DNA of 62,917 bases, the filler included, from Perkinsus chesapeaki ATCC PRA-425 (lineage: Eukaryota; Protista; Perkinsozoa), in the NCBI GenBank assembly GCA_013115145.1. It is 11 parts of 11 records of this genome, joined end to end, with 100 filler letters (N's around TTAATTAATTAA, not from the genome) between each part and the next. Parts side by side here need not be neighbours in the genome. Positions count along the whole stretch, not along the records: positions 61,662 to 62,917 come from JAAPAO010002076.1; 10 more parts are not named here. One strand, 5' to 3'. The notes below the pieces were generated by a model. It ran no database searches, was not told the DNA's origin, and saw only the letters and a program-made list of their open reading frames with translations. Shown piece after piece: positions 61,662-62,917 of this stretch. The stretch's first letter is position 1. Every line of letters starts with the position of its first letter. Position numbers and translations under genes: made by a program.

Positions 61662-61939
61662 GGACGCTCTGGCGAGGCACCAACTTGCACTTGGCCATCC
61701 TTAGTAACAAAGGTATCATGATGAGTGGTCAAGGACTTGCCGTCATCCATACCGGGATAAACCAGGCCCTTGGTTTCCTCGGCTTTAGATCTATGGCATT
61801 CAACTGGCTTTTTGTCAGGGCCGATAAGGTTAGGATTGCAGTACCGAGTGGACTTGGTCTGCATGTGAACCGCACCCAACTTGAAAGCTGCAGCTGCTCC
61901 AACAATACAAAGGAGAGTATAGCGTGTGATGGTTACCAT
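61662..61939 (-). CDS. 5' part of a putative secreted protein (truncated by a spacer)
   Basis: MVTITRYTLLCIVGAAAAF is a signal-like start; the frame is open to the gap. Confidence 0.4.
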
Positions 61940-62254
61940 CGCAGAAGTTCGAAAGCCCTGAGATAAGAGCACATAGTCGTACTGAAACACACCATCAGCT
62001 CATGTGATGATTATCAGTTGGTTGGAGAATGCAATTGAAGTCCGTTTCGTACGCGTGCGACATAGTCCGACTAGGATAGTCGTAGTGAGCGCACAAGGCA
62101 CAATATGATGTCTAGGGAAGCCTCGGACGCGCGCAGTGATTTATTTTAGGACTCGAAAATCTAGCTGAATCGGCTGCCTATAGTGAAAGCCGAAGGCCTG
62201 AAGGTTTGAGGCCGGAGAACGGGATGCGCTATATCACCAGATCTGTAGCCCCTT

Positions 62255-62893
62255 TTGAGGATCGACAAGCGCCACCGAGCGCCTGTCCACAACGAGAGCA
62301 GTTCTCGGAGAACTCCTCGTCGGTATTCCGGACCACACGGTATTATGGAGCTGTATGAGTTTCCTCGTATCAAGAATACTACAGGTTTTAATAGAAAACT
62401 TTCAGGCCCAAGTGAGTATTTATGGAGGCGATCAAGGCGAGTAGTTCTACTATAGTGCGCCGCCAGCACAGACTTTGCCGCCGGCTGGTGGAGATGCGCC
62501 CTACAATTCCCATAGATTGGAATATGTTTCACTGAATGGAGTGACATTTATGCAAAAATGTAGGAGACTTGAATGGACATGGAAGCGGAACATGAACCAC
62601 CCCAGTGGGGTGGTCGCCATTATGTTACCAAGATACTGTCCCACTACATCCAGTATCCGGGCAATGATGCCGACACCTCCGAAGCATCGATGTTCCCCTT
62701 CACATCGGCCGATCTCGAAGTGATGCCTTTGATTTGGAGTGATGCCTGGAGTGCAGCACAAGCTTTACCCAGAGACGGTCCTCTGATGGTGAGCCGTATC
62801 TCTTCGACAGACTACTCCGAGTTGCATCTTCCAAGCCCGACGCCCATTGCTCTCCTCAAAAGCACAAGGAAGATATTCGCGGCATACGTTTAG
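62255..62893 (+). CDS. Possible multi-exon hypothetical protein (3' part)
   Basis: Three consecutive plus-strand ORFs with a GTGAGT donor near 62411 and protein-like composition. No family was recognised. Confidence 0.25.
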
Positions 62894-62917
62894 CCGCCAT
62901 CAGCGAGCACATGCAGT

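Overview
Eukaryotic, intron-rich, standard-code DNA. Short 39-70 bp GT-AG introns, hypothetical and secreted proteins of unfamiliar families, and legumain and cathepsin fragments suggest a Perkinsus-like alveolate; this is inference and was not searched. The window is not one locus. It is 11 contigs joined by ten artificial 100-bp spacers (N-run + TTAATTAATTAA + N-run), so adjacency across spacers means nothing. Host genes: mitochondrial GrpE, a long multi-exon TPR protein, acyl-CoA dehydrogenase, legumain, an MFS transporter, a decayed S10 carboxypeptidase and several hypothetical or secreted proteins. There are also tRNA-His, tRNA-Leu and tRNA pseudogenes. Mobile DNA: a Gypsy integrase remnant, a decayed Chapaev/Transib(RAG1)-like transposase, a LINE with RNase H, a complete hAT (20-bp TIRs, 8-bp TSD) inserted in a DIRS-like RT-RNase H ORF, and a decayed hAT. 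The best candidate for a new system is a 7.5-kb unit (33435-40956) with inverted termini that carries two convergent, intact, spliced hAT paralogs sharing three intron positions. One has a full DDE catalytic set but no BED finger. The other has a BED finger but has lost most catalytic motifs. This suggests a two-subunit, division-of-labour hAT transposon.
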